The notes: a model not told the origin generated them from the letters alone. A stretch of 64,000 nucleotides of DNA from the human T2T-CHM13v2.0 reference genome, Homo sapiens (GCF_009914755.1 NC_060942.1); one strand, 5' to 3'; shown: positions 1 to 17,531, numbered from the stretch's first letter. Numbers and translations: made by a program.

Positions 1-3000
1 TCTAGGGTTTGGGATCTAACAGTACTTTTGAGTTAGAGGGAGGATGCTGGCTATTCATATTTCCACAGGTAGAGATACACGAGGAGTGTGGATGTGTGGG
101 GAGGCAGAAGAGAGTGACTGTGGACACATGGGGGTTGTTCCTGTGGGACCCCAAGGGGCCCTCCCAGTACAGCACTCAGGAATCTGCTCTGGGGATAGAG
201 AACTGACAAAGAAACGAAAGATGCTTAGGGTGAGATAGGGAAGAGACCCCTGAATAGGAGCAAAGGGAAAGGTTTTAAGCAAGTTAGTTGATATGATTTT
301 TTATATTTTTCTTTATGCAACTAAAAACAACCATGAAAGTATTCTAAAAAGTGGATATAAAATAAAGGCTTTAAAAATCATTTAGTGTGAAACTGGTAAT
401 TACTTTTAATTCCTATGACTTATCAAGTGTCTTGAGTAAATGAAGTTTGGTTAATGTCAATAACATATTATTCCACACTTTCTTATTTACACTAAAAGAT
501 AAGTTATCTTCTGGTTAATTCCCCTTGAAAAGCACTACCTAGTTTTCAAACACTAAATACAGTAAAATTCTTAATCCTCAAATGACATAGATAATTCACT
601 AAACTGAAGAAAAGAGGGGACTTGAGAGCCCAACATAATAAAATCTGAGGTGGTAGTGGTATGAGAACACGCACGGATCTGGAAGAATTCTGACCCATCA
701 CCATGACATTCAAATTGCTCCACAGTAAGCAAAATGCGAGCCAGGAACATGCCCTGTTGTGGATACAGACAGTGAGAGCTTTGAGCTGCGGCTTCTAAGT
801 CGGCTCCCAGAGGACATACTAACTTTATTTATTTCCTTCCAAATCCTAAAGGAGAAATAAGTGACTCAGGATTTCAGAGCCTGTTCTTTAGGTCTCTGTT
901 TAAGCAGGAGGCTCCGGAAAAAATAATTACCTGGTATTGCCTTTCCCAGACTTCACAGAATACCAGTAAGAAGAGAATGTTTAGAATGATATTAATACTA
1001 TTTACTCTGAACAGCCAAGTTGTTTAACTATATAGACAGATTTATCCAAATAGTATGCATTCCCACATAGGATATTACACAAATATTTTAGAAGGCTATG
1101 TCAAATAATATTTGATTGAAAAATATTTTATTTGGTTGGAAGTCAATTACTCTTCCATGGGCTTCCAGATCTTACTGTTTACTTGCCCAAAATTGGAAGA
1201 ATACTACTTCTACAAAGTTGGCTTCAATTCTACAATGCAAGGGAAAGTTCTAAAACTTTTGGCTCATCGGCTTCAGCTGACATTAGCTGGTGAATTTTTC
1301 ATGAGTAAGGGGCGCTGTGATCCTCTTAACAACCCAGAAGGTAGTAGTAAAGAATTCTGAGTTTCTAAGTGTTTAATTTATATATTTTAAGAAACAACAA
1401 ATCAATTAGTATATATTATTCCACATTTTCATAGAGGGCTTATTAAGACAGCATTTCCAATTTGAAACCAACTCTTTTACATCAATATCATGTATGAAAC
1501 TATTATTACACACCCGACAATTATTTTATCAGTATATATTAGTAAACTACTCCAAAGACTATAATGTGCTGTCATGTAGTATCATGTAAACATTACTCAA
1601 CACAGCTTGAATTTTGAATCAACTTTAGATACCGTGGTATTCTGTGAATTAAACTCTAGAGATTTTAAGTGACTCATTTTATTATAAACACTCAATCCAA
1701 AAAGATGATTAAAATAATTGAGATAAGGCTTGATTGTAAGGATAAACAGCCTTTTATTTCTAGTAACATCTGTGGTAATAATATGCTATCATTTAAACCA
1801 ACTAGGATGACTCACCATCTGTGGGTAAATGTAATTTTAGTAAATGTAATCTTTTCTAGTACTGGTGATAGTGTTTTTTTTTTTTTGTTTTGTTTTTAAA
1901 CTGAATCATCCATCTTCTATCCTTTTGCAACCATGAAGTGAGTTGGCAAGCTGAGGTCAGGAGTACAACTTCTTGCTATGTTCCAGAACCAAATTAACTG
2001 GCCCTCTTAAGAAATTTACCCATGACCTTGGCCTCAATAGGATCTTGCTCTAAATCAGAGTCAACTTGCCTGGGACCCACCATAGATCAATTATTTTCTC
2101 TATTTAGCCATAATTCTGAAAAACGAAAAGAGTTACATTTTTGTTTATATGTCACTGTCTCAAATATAAATGACATTTTATTTTTGAATATAGTATAATA
2201 AATGAACAAATATTAACATTCCAGCACTTAGCCTGCACACTGTAATTCATTTTGCTTTAAGGTAAGTATTACAGTGAACTACAAGATTAACCTTCCCCAG
2301 ACTCCATTGCAGTGTCCTTTTTTGGCAGCCTCGATATTTCTACTTTGTTCTTGACTGAGCTTACACACCAAGATCCATCACTTCCTGGGAGTAGCCACTT
2401 TAATCTTCATAGATTTTTTTGTACTGGTTCACATGGTATAGTTTACATAAATTTGAAATAGTTCAAAAAAATCCCACAAAAATACCCCCAAACCAACCAA
2501 CAAACCAAGGTCTTACTTTATGTAAAAATGGAAACAATATGAATTCTCTATATTTAAAAAAATTATCTGGAATAGGAACACATCCAAGCTGGAGGGCCCA
2601 GTGAACTCTAACCTGTTTTTATGCTATTACCACATGGTGGTGCCACTTTGGCTGATAAACAGAACATTTGCCATCTTTGCACAGTACCGTGTGAATCTCC
2701 CTGTTGTTTATGTACAGTGGAACTTCAGTAAATGATTATGATGACTAATGTGCTGTTATTTTACAAACTCTGTTATTATAATTGAAAATATTTTTATATC
2801 CTACAACAATATCTCTCAAGCATTCATTAAGCAGTGGTTCTAGTGATAGTGCTGAAAAACATAGCCCCCAAAAACAGTAACAACACTGGAACAGACGTGA
2901 ACTGTGACAAAACACTATGAAGGCCAAATATCCACTATGACCTCCTGTGTTGGTAATTTAGGTGAAAGCACTCTAAAAAATTAGAGCTAATGAAGAAAAA

Positions 3001-3249
3001 ACTAAAAAGAACAGTAAAGTAAAAGTAAGCTGCAATGCTGTACATTCATGCATTCCCCAAAGGATCTTCTTTACATCTTTTTCTTATGGGATAATTAGTC
3101 TTGAAGTATGAGTTTTATATTGTGAGACTGCTTCAGGAATACATCTATCAAACAGATGTAAATGCCTTCTTCAAATACAGCACTTCCCCCACCTTCTCCA
3201 CGAAGTGCATCTCTTTCCACTATTACATCCCAGGCACACAGTAAACAGT

Positions 3250-3495
3250 GCAGCAATTATGAATGTGGGCACTGGAGATAGACTTCCTGGGTTTCAATCT
3301 GCAGGCTCCATCATTTTCCAGTTGTATGGCTTTGGCTAAGTTTCTTAACCTCACTGTACATCAGTTTCCTCATCTGAAAAATTAGGATGATACCACTACC
3401 CACCGCAAAGGGCTGTGGTAGGGACTGAATGAGCTTGATATAACACATTTAGAACCTGTGTGGCACTGAGTCACACTATGGAAATATTAGCTACT
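3250..3495 (+). mobile_element. MIR SINE
   Basis: MIR core-like text: gctaagtttcttaacctc...cagtttcctcatctgaaaaat...gggactgaatgag. Confidence 0.75.
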
Positions 3496-3827
3496 CTTGT
3501 GATCATCTTCATCATCACCTTCCCATTAACTCTTGATGATACTCTTAAGGCCGAATTTGTTTCACTGGGTTAAAAAAATAAGGTGTCCTTTTATTAACAG
3601 TATATGAATTATAGTGCATGCCATGGCTACTTGTAGGATATGCAGTGGCATGAAAGTATTAATGCTTCTTTTGAAAAGCTGTCAGAAACCTTTGTCACAG
3701 TTCTGAGGAGCCCTTCTAGTCTATGTACTGGATAAGCAGCATGATTCTGGATAGGGTCTGCTAAGACACTAACATTTACATCAAGGGACACGGCAGTGTC
3801 AAGTGGACATTTCTTTAGCCTTCTTAC

Positions 3828-3941
3828 CTTCAGTCTGTCTTTGGGCAGCGCAACGACGCCTTGCTTAATGATTTCCAGGACCCGTTCCACTGACAGCTCA
3901 GCTCCAGCTTGCAGCAACCTTGAGCTAAAGAAGGAGATCAC
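3828..3941 (-). CDS. DYM: Dymeclin internal coding exon (114 bp, phase 0/0; penultimate coding exon by recalled protein sequence): [38 protein letters not shown]
   Basis: Translation matches the recalled dymeclin C-terminal region. On the minus strand the acceptor is acattacag|GTG and the donor is AAG|gtaagaa. Joins in frame to the 25190-25372 exon (...NIDL|VISF...). Confidence 0.96.
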
Positions 3942-4298
3942 CTGTAATGTAAAGTGTTATTTTTTAAACAAGAAGAGGTATGAAATGTATTTTTAGTAGC
4001 CGCCTTTCTCACATGGTAGTCAAACTATCATGATTCCATTCCTACAGTGACCCGGCTTTTAATTCACTAGCCCTCCTAAACGCAGTTTGCTCTCCGTTGG
4101 GTTTGATAGCCGAATCAGAGGCAACCCCTCAATATCCAGGGCTGATTATTCATTCTGTGAATTAAGTAGCCTCCTGAATTCTACTCTTTCTTGTGCTGCC
4201 TGACCTTGCATTTATATTTCGTTTATAGAGCAGTATCCAACAGAAAGTCGGGAGAGAAAGCTAAACCCTAAAGCCTATCACTTTTGAAGCTTAATATT

Positions 4299-4300
<2 letters not shown>

Positions 4301-4343
<43 letters not shown>
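4301..4343. repeat. (CT)21 microsatellite
   Basis: Perfect CT run seen directly. Confidence 0.98.
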
Positions 4344-4346
<3 letters not shown>

Positions 4347-5719
4347 AGGGCTTAACAGGAAAGAATTTGAAACTAATGGCTAAAATGATGTTTTGGGGAT
4401 TATCTATGAATTTAGCCACATTTCCCTTATCATGATCACCAGGGATAACAAATAGCAACCTATAATTACTTTTGCTTCATGTTATAGCACAGCCCAAAGT
4501 ATGCAGCAAGATATTAACACAGTAGCATTCTGGAAATACACGGTCCCTAAATATTTGTCACTAAAAAATGAAAACAAAACATCATTTTTCAGCAAATTAT
4601 TTTTAAAACCACAATGTTCATAAATCAAGAAGACTGCAGATCCCTTTTAAATTCAAGAGAATAACATTTAGGTGTTTATAGTCAGACATGCAAAAATATA
4701 AAAAATTATTGTATTTTTGTAAAGTTGAGCATTACCTTTTATGTCTTCTATTTTATAGGTAAAATATATTAAGTTACAAACAATCCTTCACAAACGTTTT
4801 TATGCATTTTCTTTCAGAATTACTCTCCTAAATGCTAATTGTTTAAGAGTACAATAACTTTTGTCTTATCCATTCTAGTGGAAAGTACACTATATTACAT
4901 AAATGCCACTAAATGCATTTGTTCTGGAAGGTAAAGAGACTTAGCTGGCGCCACAGCCATTAACAAGCATGTGCCTCACAATTCTGTGGCAATGAGTGAG
5001 AACAAAGGCAGCTCATGGCTGGTGACACTGCTTGTGATTCCAGATAAACCATTTCTTTCTCAAGCAGTTTGCTGGCACCACCAGCTACTTTGCAAGCTGC
5101 TTATTTTGTCCACAAGTGGGCTTTTCGGTACGTGCCTGTGGGCCTTGTTCTTCCCCATGTCGGATTTTAAGTTCTTTTTGAGTTTCTGGGATTAATATTT
5201 TGTTCACAGAGTTTAGACACAGCAGGTCCAAAAATTGATTTTTATAATATAGTGAATAAATATCTGAAAAAAGACACAACACAGATAGCAAAACATATTG
5301 TAATAGATTAAAATCCTATTTTTAAAATATGCAACAATGAATACACAAAATAAATGCTTTCCTTTTGTGTAAATATCTTCACAGGTTGTAAACTGAGCAT
5401 AGTTTTTCTGAGAAAAGAATTGGTTAACCATATGAAATGCCAATTTTGTTGGTAAAAAAATGGTTTAATGTTAGAAATTTCATATGGGTCAATCTAACAC
5501 CTATGCATATTATCTTCTTTGACCAAAAAATATTTAAAAAGTAGGAGCATATCTGTTAAAAACACATTCTAAAAAATAAAAAAATGGTAATTAAAAAGTA
5601 GATAGATGTTACATATGCTTTAGGCTTACTGAATTTTTTTTTTCTTTCTAACATGCTGAAAGCTGATATTTCACTACTGGATTTTTGTTTTGTTTATAGC
5701 AGTAGATCATACAGACAAG

Positions 5720-5857
5720 GAGTAGTTCTCAAGCATGGCTGATCATCAGAAGTAGCTGAGAAGCCTTGTGAAATTCTGATCCCAGGGCCTAGTCAGGGAC
5801 CTTCTATTATACATCAGGCTCTCCAGGTGATTTTGATGATCAGTCAGAATCCAGACC
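5720..5857. mobile_element. MER5A-like hAT-Charlie MITE
   Basis: agtagttctcaa...catcagaa...ctccaggtgattttgatg pattern. Confidence 0.6.
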
Positions 5858-8679
5858 AGAGGTTTCCAAACTTTTCAAGTTGTACACATCTACAAGTAAA
5901 AAAATGAGGATGTGCTTGCAATATATGTTCTAGTTCTTTATAAATCATGCAATATACTACAGCACTGATGTTTTACATATTATAAAATGTTCATAAAATA
6001 AATTTAAAAGAATGAGATAAAGATAAAATCAATTAGATTAAAAAAACCAATGATACAAAACATGTTTTTTGTACTCATTAAAATGTCATTGAAAATAATC
6101 TGGGTAATTACAGATTACTAATCACAGCAATTTCACATGACCATCAGCAAGCACAGTATTCACCCACGGTAAGATGCATCGTTTATTACAGTGAATATTA
6201 AATCCATAGTGCCTAAAAGTCTTCCTGATAACTTTTATGGATCCATTTTCTGTGAGATTAGACTGGTTCATCACTGTTTTTCCCTTGTAATGTGGCACTT
6301 GTTCCAGGAGGAGGGGGATGCCAGCTCTGCCATTATCTTTTGTCATATGTGCTTATATTTTTCTATCACCTTCAGTGTGTGGGGAAACACGCTATTTCGT
6401 GAGGGTTTAACTAAATCTAGATACTGTAACCAGGAACACATATACTACACTAAGCTTTACGTGAATGAACAGGTGAGCGCATGTATGCCAAGCCCTACAA
6501 GTTGAGGAACTCCTATCTCCTCCCTCGGGATATCTGGAGTACTGAGGCTGACACAGACCCTGGAAGGTTGTAAAGGCCAATACTATTAGTAAAACTAAAT
6601 CTCCTTATTTTTAGATGAATAAATAACAGCTCTAATATTTTCTTTCCATGCTTCTACGGATGAACTGTTAGTGCAATCTCTGGGGCATGTGGAGCCATCC
6701 GCTTTGATAATCACTAATCGAGATAACAAAAGGCACATAATCAGAGTTAAAGGGAACTCACAGTATTCACTTACTACTCAAAGACACGACAAACCAACAA
6801 AAGGGAGTGTACTTATGTGTCACACCACCAAGAACAAAGTAATGCAATGACAGTTTTGCTTTGTTGACTCTGCGGCCTATACTGGCTTTCCTCTAAGCCA
6901 CAAGGAATTTCCATTTCCACTGGGAGAGCTGCAGAGGAGGCATGAAGCTGGGTTTCCAACTAAATTCCTTTTTCAAACTGGTTCTCATTTGTATGTTTTA
7001 AAGCTGACATTCTCATGTTTTTGCATTCAAACTCACATGATTTTAGAAAATGATAAAACAACCACTTGCAGAAGGGAAGTATAATTTATGTGTCAAAACC
7101 GAAGGAAACAAATCTATCCTGAATGTTTATCATGGACTGTGTGCTGTACATATACTATTTGTTTAATTCTCATGACAATCCCATGAGGCTGATAAAAATC
7201 TCTGTCCTACAGAATTGTAAAAAGGATCAGAGACAAACTAGACTGGGGTGGCCCAGGCAAGTGGGAGGAGTAGGACTCCAGCTCAGGTATTTCTTCCTAC
7301 TTTATCATGTCTCCGGCAATTCCTATGTAGCAAAATGGAGCATTAGCTTAGTTTTTCAAATAGGAGATATCTAAGTGAAAGGTGTAAGTTGTTCAGCCAA
7401 ACCTTTCAGATGTTGTCTGACTGCAACACCAGCAAAGAACGTGAAACAATTCATTCAAAGATAAGAGCTTCTATTTCCTACTCCCAGGTTATAATTTTGC
7501 ATATAATAGTACTTTTAGTGATGATGACTACAACAGATGTGTGGCTTTTATCCATTTGTATAGCAACCATTAAAACTATTAAAATAGATGAACTTTTATT
7601 CCTCTGAAAATCTCTGCATGAGACACAGCCAATAACAGAAAACATTCAAGTAAAACCTTTAGTGAAAGTGGGGATGAATGCTTTGTCAGTGTAATTCAAA
7701 GACAACCTTTCAAAGGAAGGTACTTTTCCAAAGCGCATGTTTTACAACCCTCCTCTACCTACAATATTTGGCTGTAACTCATGAAATCCAAGTACAGCAT
7801 ATTACCTTCCATTATGCTATTAGCTTTGAACAGTGATTGCCCACTGTCATATACTGATTAATCAGTTGTTTACTTTGAGTAATGTCAAATCACATTTAAC
7901 CACCTGTCATGAAACAAGTGAATGATTATTATTAATAGATCACAGATTAATAGAAATGAGAAGCTTTTCTGGAGTAGAGGAGAATAAAAAGGAGCTAGTA
8001 TGTGCTCCTCAGGCAAAATGCTTGCTTGCTAAAAATGGCCACTCTCCTAAGAGGTAGAAGTAGACAGCTAAGTTTTATTTTATTTTATTTTTATTTTTTA
8101 AGACAACGATAAACATGTAAAATACATATATATTTCCTCATTGACTTGAGTTTCCCCTCAAGTTACTGTATTTTAATCAATACATATATTGACAATCCAT
8201 TCAGCAGAGGAGCTCTCCCGAGGATTTACCAGGGAAATAAATAGATGATACCATTTTCTCTCTTGAAGAAAGACACAGTGTAATTTGTGAGATAAGACAG
8301 ATCAAACCTGTATAATTAGAATAGACATCATGGTAAAGTGGATAATGAACTACTCAAAGAAGGCTTACATTTGAGTCTTGCCTCTGATACTAGCAATGTG
8401 ACTTGTAAAACACTCAACATCTAGATGTAGCATGATGCAGTGGTTTAGAGAACTTACCTGGTGTCGGACTGCTTGGGTTTAAATCCCACCTCTTCTTATA
8501 ATATCTTCAAAGTGACAAAGTTGCAGCATCTACTGCATAGGAACCAATAATGATAATGTGGCAACTTTGTCATTTTGTAAATGAGGGTACTGATACACAC
8601 CTAATAACAGTAAGAGCTAACGCTCTGTGAGCACTTACCATGCGCAAAGCACTTTGCGCTGTGCAGACATTAACTTATT

Positions 8680-8848
8680 TAAGGCTGTAAATTTCTCTCT
8701 GGGCTTTTGCTGGGTCCCACAAATTTTGACATGTTACAGTTTCATTTATGTTCACCTTAAATTTGTTCTATTTCCCTTGTAAACTTCTTTTTGACACATG
8801 GGTGTATTGTTCAATTTCCAAGTATTTGGAGATTTTCCAGATATCTTA
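8680..8848 (-). mobile_element. Old L1M (L1MC/MD-like) ORF2 fragment, left part split off by the L1PA insertion
   Basis: ggagattttccagatatctt continues as ttactgatttct...tttaatttcactgtggtcaaagaa at 14981. Confidence 0.65.
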
Positions 8849-9054
8849 TTTCTTTTTTTTAATACTTTCAGTTTTAGGGTACACGTGCACAATGTGCAGG
8901 TTAGTTACATATGTATACATGTGCCATGTTTGTGTGCTGCACCCACTAACTCGTCATTTAACATTAGGTATATCTCCAAATGCTATCCGTCCCCTCTCCC
9001 CCAACCCCACAACAGGCCCCAGTGTGTGACGTTCCCCTTCCTGTGTCCATGTGT

Positions 9055-12891
<3,837 letters not shown>

Positions 12892-12939
12892 TTATTTTGC
12901 TTGTTAGTCGATGCAGTTTCTTCCCAGCCTCAATGGTCT

Positions 12940-13956
12940 TTACAATTTGGCAAGTTTTTGCAGTGGCTGGTACCGGTTGTTCCTTTCTATGTTTAGTGCT
13001 TCCTTCAGGAGCTCTTTTAGGGCAGGCCTGGTGGTGAGAAAATCTCTCAGCATTTGCTTGTCTGTAAAGGATTTTATTTCTCCTTCACTTACGAAGCTTA
13101 GTTTGGCTGGATATGAAATTCTGGGTTGAAAATTCTTTTCTTTAAGAATGTTGAATATTGGCCCCCACTCTCTTCTGGCTTGGAGAGTTTCTGCCGAGAG
13201 ATCAGCTGTTAGTCTGATGGGCTTCCCTTTGTGGGTAACCCGACCTTTGTCTCTGGCTGCCCTTAACATTTTTTCCTTCATTGCAACTTTAGTGAATCTG
13301 ACAATTACGTGTCTTGGAGTTGCTCTTCTCGAGGAGTATCTTTGTGGCGTTCTCTGTATTTCCTGAATTTGAATGTTGGCCTGCCTTGCTAGATTGGGGA
13401 AGTTCTCCTGGATAATATCCTGCAGAATGTTTTCCAACTTGGTTCCATTCTCCCCGTCACTTTCAGGTACACCAATCAGACGTAGATTCGGTCTTTTCAC
13501 ATAGTCCCATATTTCTTGGAGGCTTTGTTCATTTCTTTTTATTCTTTTTTCTCTAAACTTCTCTTCTCGCTTCATTTCATTCATTTGATCTTCCATCACT
13601 GATACTCTTTCTTCCAGTTGATCGAAGTGGCTACTGAGGCTTGTGCATTCGTCACGTAGTTCTCGTTCCTTGGTTTTCAGCTCCATTAGGTCCTTTAAGG
13701 ACTTCTGTGCATTGGTTATTCTAGTTAGCCATTCGTCTAATTTTTTTTCACGATTTTTAACTTCTTTGCCATGGGTTCAAACTTCCTCCTTTAGCTAGGA
13801 GTAATTTGATCATCTGAAGCCTTCTTCTCTCAACTCTTCAAAGTCATTCTCCGTCCAGCTTTGTTCCGTTGCTGGTGAGGAGCTGCGTTCCTTTGGAGGA
13901 GGAGAGGCACTCTGATTTTTAGAGTTTCCAGGTTTTCTGCTCTGTTTTTTCCCCAT
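12940..13956 (-). pseudogene. L1 ORF1p, full 338-codon span, disabled by stops at codon 54 (TAG 13795-13797) and codon 60 (TGA 13777-13779)
   Basis: Start ATGGGGAAAAAACAGAGC at 13956. The 248-aa C-terminal piece in the ORF track (EIWDYVKRPNLRLIGVPE) is ORF1p. Confidence 0.92.
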
Positions 13957-14069
13957 CTTTGTGATTTTATCTACCTTTGGTCTTTGATGATGGTCATGTA
14001 CAGATGGGGTTTTGGTGTGGATGTCCTTTCTGTTTGTTAGTTTTCCTTCTAACAGTCAGGACCCTCAGC

Positions 14070-14980
14070 TGCAGGTCTGTTGGAGTTTGCTGGAGGTCCA
14101 CTCCAGACGCTGTTTGCCTGGGTATCAGCAGCGGAGGCTACAGAACAGCGGATATTGGTGAGCAGCAAATGTTGCTGCCTGATTGTTCCTCTAGAAGTTT
14201 TGTCTGAGACGAGTACCCGGCCGTGTGAAGTGTCAGTCTGCCCCTACTGGGGGGTGCCTCCCAGTTAGGCTACTCAGGGGTCAGGGACCCACTTGAGAAG
14301 GCAGTCTGTCCATTCTCAGATCTCCAGCTGCATGCTGGGAGAACCACTACTCTCTTCAAAGCTGTCAGACAGGGACATTTAAGTCTGCAGAGGATTCTGC
14401 TGCCTTTTGTTTGGCAATGCCCTGCCCCAAGACGTGGAGTCTACAGAGGCAGGCAGGCCTCCTTGAGCTGTGGTGGGCTCCACCCAGTTCGAGCTTCCTG
14501 GCCACTTTGTTTACCTACTCAAGCCTTGGCAATGGCGGATGCCCCTCCCCCAGCCTCACTGCCACCTTGCAGTTTGATCTCAGACTACTGTGCTAGCAAT
14601 GAGCGAGGCTCCATGGGTGTAGGACCCTCCGAGCCATGCACGGGATATAATCTCCTGGTGTGCCATTTGCTAAGACCGTTGGAAAAGCACAGTATTAGGG
14701 TGGGAGTGACCCGATTTTCCAGGTGCCGTCTGTCACCCCTTTCTTTGACTAGGAAAGGGAATTCACTGACCCCTTGTGCTTCCCGGGTGAGGCAATGCCT
14801 CGCCCTGCTTCGGCTCACGCGCAGTGCGCTGCACCTACTGTCCTACACCCACTTTCCGGCACTCCCCAATGAGATGAACCCGGTATCTCAGTTGGAAATG
14901 CAGAAATCACCCGTCTTCTGCATCGCTCACACTGGGAGCTGTAGACTGGAGCTGTTCCTATTCGGCCATCTTGGCTCTTC
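14070..14980. promoter_or_regulatory. L1 5'UTR: internal sense promoter (minus direction) and antisense promoter (plus direction)
   Basis: YY1 site (GCCATCTT, 14965-14972) is intact at the 5' end. Promoter function is known for L1PA 5'UTRs; activity of this copy is unknown and many CpGs have decayed. Confidence 0.55.
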
Positions 14981-14987
14981 TTACTGA
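14532..14987 (+). CDS. L1 antisense ORF0 homolog, open for 151 aa (expression unproven)
   Basis: gcaATGg Kozak context. MADAPPPASLPPCSLISD... matches the recalled ORF0 N-terminus. Confidence 0.35.
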   Translation: MADAPPPASLPPCSLISDYCASNERGSMGVGPSEPCTGYNLLVCHLLRPLEKHSIRVGVTRFSRCRLSPLSLTRKGNSLTPCASRVRQCLALLRLTRSALHLLSYTHFPALPNEMNPVSQLEMQKSPVFCIAHTGSCRLELFLFGHLGSSY

Positions 14988-15909
14988 TTTCTATTCAATA
15001 GTTTAATTTCACTGTGGTCAAAGAATATACTCTAGGTGATCTCATCTCATTTAAATTTGCTGAGGTTTGTTTTACGGCCCCATACATGGTCTCTCTTAGA
15101 GAATGGTTCACGTGCACTGATGTTGTTGGGTGGTATGTTCTATAAATGTGAACTCATCAAGTTGGTGGTTAGTATTGTTTGGGTCTTCTGTATCATCACA
15201 AATTTTCTGTTTATTTGCTGTATCAATTACTGAGAAAGAAGTGTTGACTTCTCCAATTATGGGTTTGTTTGTGTCTTCTTGCCATTCTATCAGTTTTTAT
15301 TTCATGCATTTCGAAGCTCTGTTGTATACACATTTATGGTTGTTACGTCTCCTTGGTGAATTGACTTCTTTATCATTACATGGAGTCCCTCTTTATCCCT
15401 GGTAATGCTCCCTGTGTTGAAGTCTACTTTGTCTGCTATTAATATAGTCATCCTACCCCTTTTTTTTTTTATTAATGCTTACGTAGTAAAAGTTATTTTA
15501 TCCTTTTGCTTTTAACCAATCTATTTCTTTATGTTTAAGGTGGGTTTCTTATAGACAGCACATAGTTAGGTCTTGCTTTTTATCCAATCTGAAAATTTCT
15601 GTCTTTTAATTGAGGCATCAGGATTATTTGCATTTGATTTAATTATTGGCATGTAGGATTTAAATACATGGATGGATTTTTGTTGTTGTTGTTCCACTAT
15701 TTTGTTGTTGTTGTTCCACTATTATTTATTCTGCTTTTCCTGCCTGCCTTTGGACTGGGTATAATTTTATGATTTCTATTTTATCTTCATCTTTTACTTA
15801 CTACTTATATTTCTATTTTAATGTTTTCTTTAGTGGTTGCCCTAGAGTTTATACTATACACCTTTAATTATCACAGTCTATCTTCAAATAATATTATACT
15901 ACTTGACAC

Positions 15910-16322
15910 TGTGAAGAACTGTGAAAAGTGATATGGTACCCTACTTGTGAGTTAACAAGTTATCCAGTCTATAGTTCATGGATCCTGGAAGAAGAGATAT
16001 TTCTGGGTCAGAGACGGAGGGAAGTTTGTTAGTCACAGCAATAGCAGTGATCAGAGCATCTGCATTACCACACTGGCTCCCCAAGCCCCAGTTTGCTTAG
16101 GGTTATGTGACAAGGGTCAGACAACACCTGCACATGCAGTAAATTATGTTAAAGGACAGAACCCTGAGCTTAGGGAACCCGAATCTCTTAGAGTGGTCAG
16201 TAACCATGCCTATCTTTTACTCCAGAAGGAGATACAAATATCTTTGAAAAGATAATCTAGAGCAAAGGACAGTCAGTGCCTTTGCTCACAAGATGAAATC
16301 TGTGGAAAATTATCTCCCAACA
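15910..16322. mobile_element. Solo LTR, ERVL-class (family uncertain)
   Basis: About 410 bp with TG...CA ends; interrupts the L1M; possible degenerate 5-bp TSD gacac/cacat. Confidence 0.55.
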
Positions 16323-16435
16323 CACATGTGTCAACTTCCAATTCTTCCCTCTCATCCTTTGTGCTACTGCTGACACACATCTTACTTTTATATGTTATAA
16401 ACCCCACAATACATTGTTACTATCTTTATTTTAGA

Positions 16436-16660
16436 CAAAATGGGTTGGCAACCTATAGCCTGTGGGCCAAGTCTGGCCTGTTGTCTGTTTTTGTAAATAA
16501 AGTTTTATTGGAACATAGCCATACCCACTTGTTTACACATAGTCTATGGCTGCCATTGAATTACAATTGTTGAGTAGAATAATTGTGATAGGGACTATGT
16601 GGCCTGTGAAGACTAAAATATTTACAATCTGCTCACTTACAGAAAAAGTTTGAGGACCTC
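16436..16660. mobile_element. MER58A (hAT-Charlie)
   Basis: gggttggcaacctatagcctgtgggccaa...tttgtaaataaagttttattggaacatagcc...tacagaaaaagtttg. Confidence 0.85.
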
Positions 16661-17531
16661 TTCTTCCAACAGTCAATTATTTTATACAGTGAATCAACAT
16701 AAGAAAAAGCTTTTTATGTTTACCTTTATTTTTGCTATTTTTGGAGCTCTTAATTTCTTTTTGTAGATCCAAGTTTCTATCAGATATGATAGTTCTTCTG
16801 TTTGAATAACTTCCATTAACTAGTCTATAGTACACACTAGCAATAAGTTCTCTCAGTTTTGTTTGAAATGTCATTATTTTGTATTCAGTTTTTAAAGACA
16901 TTTTTGAGGGTAAGATTTTGTTTTTTTTTCATTTTAGCCTTATAAAGATGTCACTTCATTATCTGACTTGCCTAGCTAGGTTCTGCCAAGTAAACTGCTG
17001 TTACTATCTTTGTTCCTCTGTATATAATGTTTCTTTTTTCTCTGGCTGAATTCAAGACTGTGTTTTTTCTTTTATCTTTGATTTTCAGATGTTTAAATAT
17101 AATGTCTTTTAAAAAAATGGATTTATCCTGATTGGGGTTCTCTGGGCTTCCTGGATCTGTGGTTTGATGTCAGTATTTTTGGAAAATTCTCAGCTATTAT
17201 CTCTTTAAATATTTCTTCTGACCTGTTCTTTCTCTCTTCTCCTTGTGAGACTCCAATTATATGTATATTGAATCATCTGATATCGTCCTATAGCTCTTGG
17301 ATGATAGGTTCTCATTTTTCACATGTTTTTCTTATTGTATTTATTTGCATAATTTCTACTGACCTATCTTCAAGATCACAGATTTTTTTCACAAGCCCAC
17401 TAATGAGCCAGTCATAGCAATTCTTTGTCTGTCACATGTTTTTTACTTCTAGCATTCCCATTTTATTTTTTCTTACAGTTCCCATCTCTCTCTGGAACTG
17501 TTTATATATGTTGTCACCTTTTCCCCCAGGA

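Noticed and set aside
3627-3827. Extension of the 104-aa ORF beyond ...KDRLK
   Set aside because: Read-through past a consensus GTAAG donor into the intron; the dymeclin match stops at the donor.
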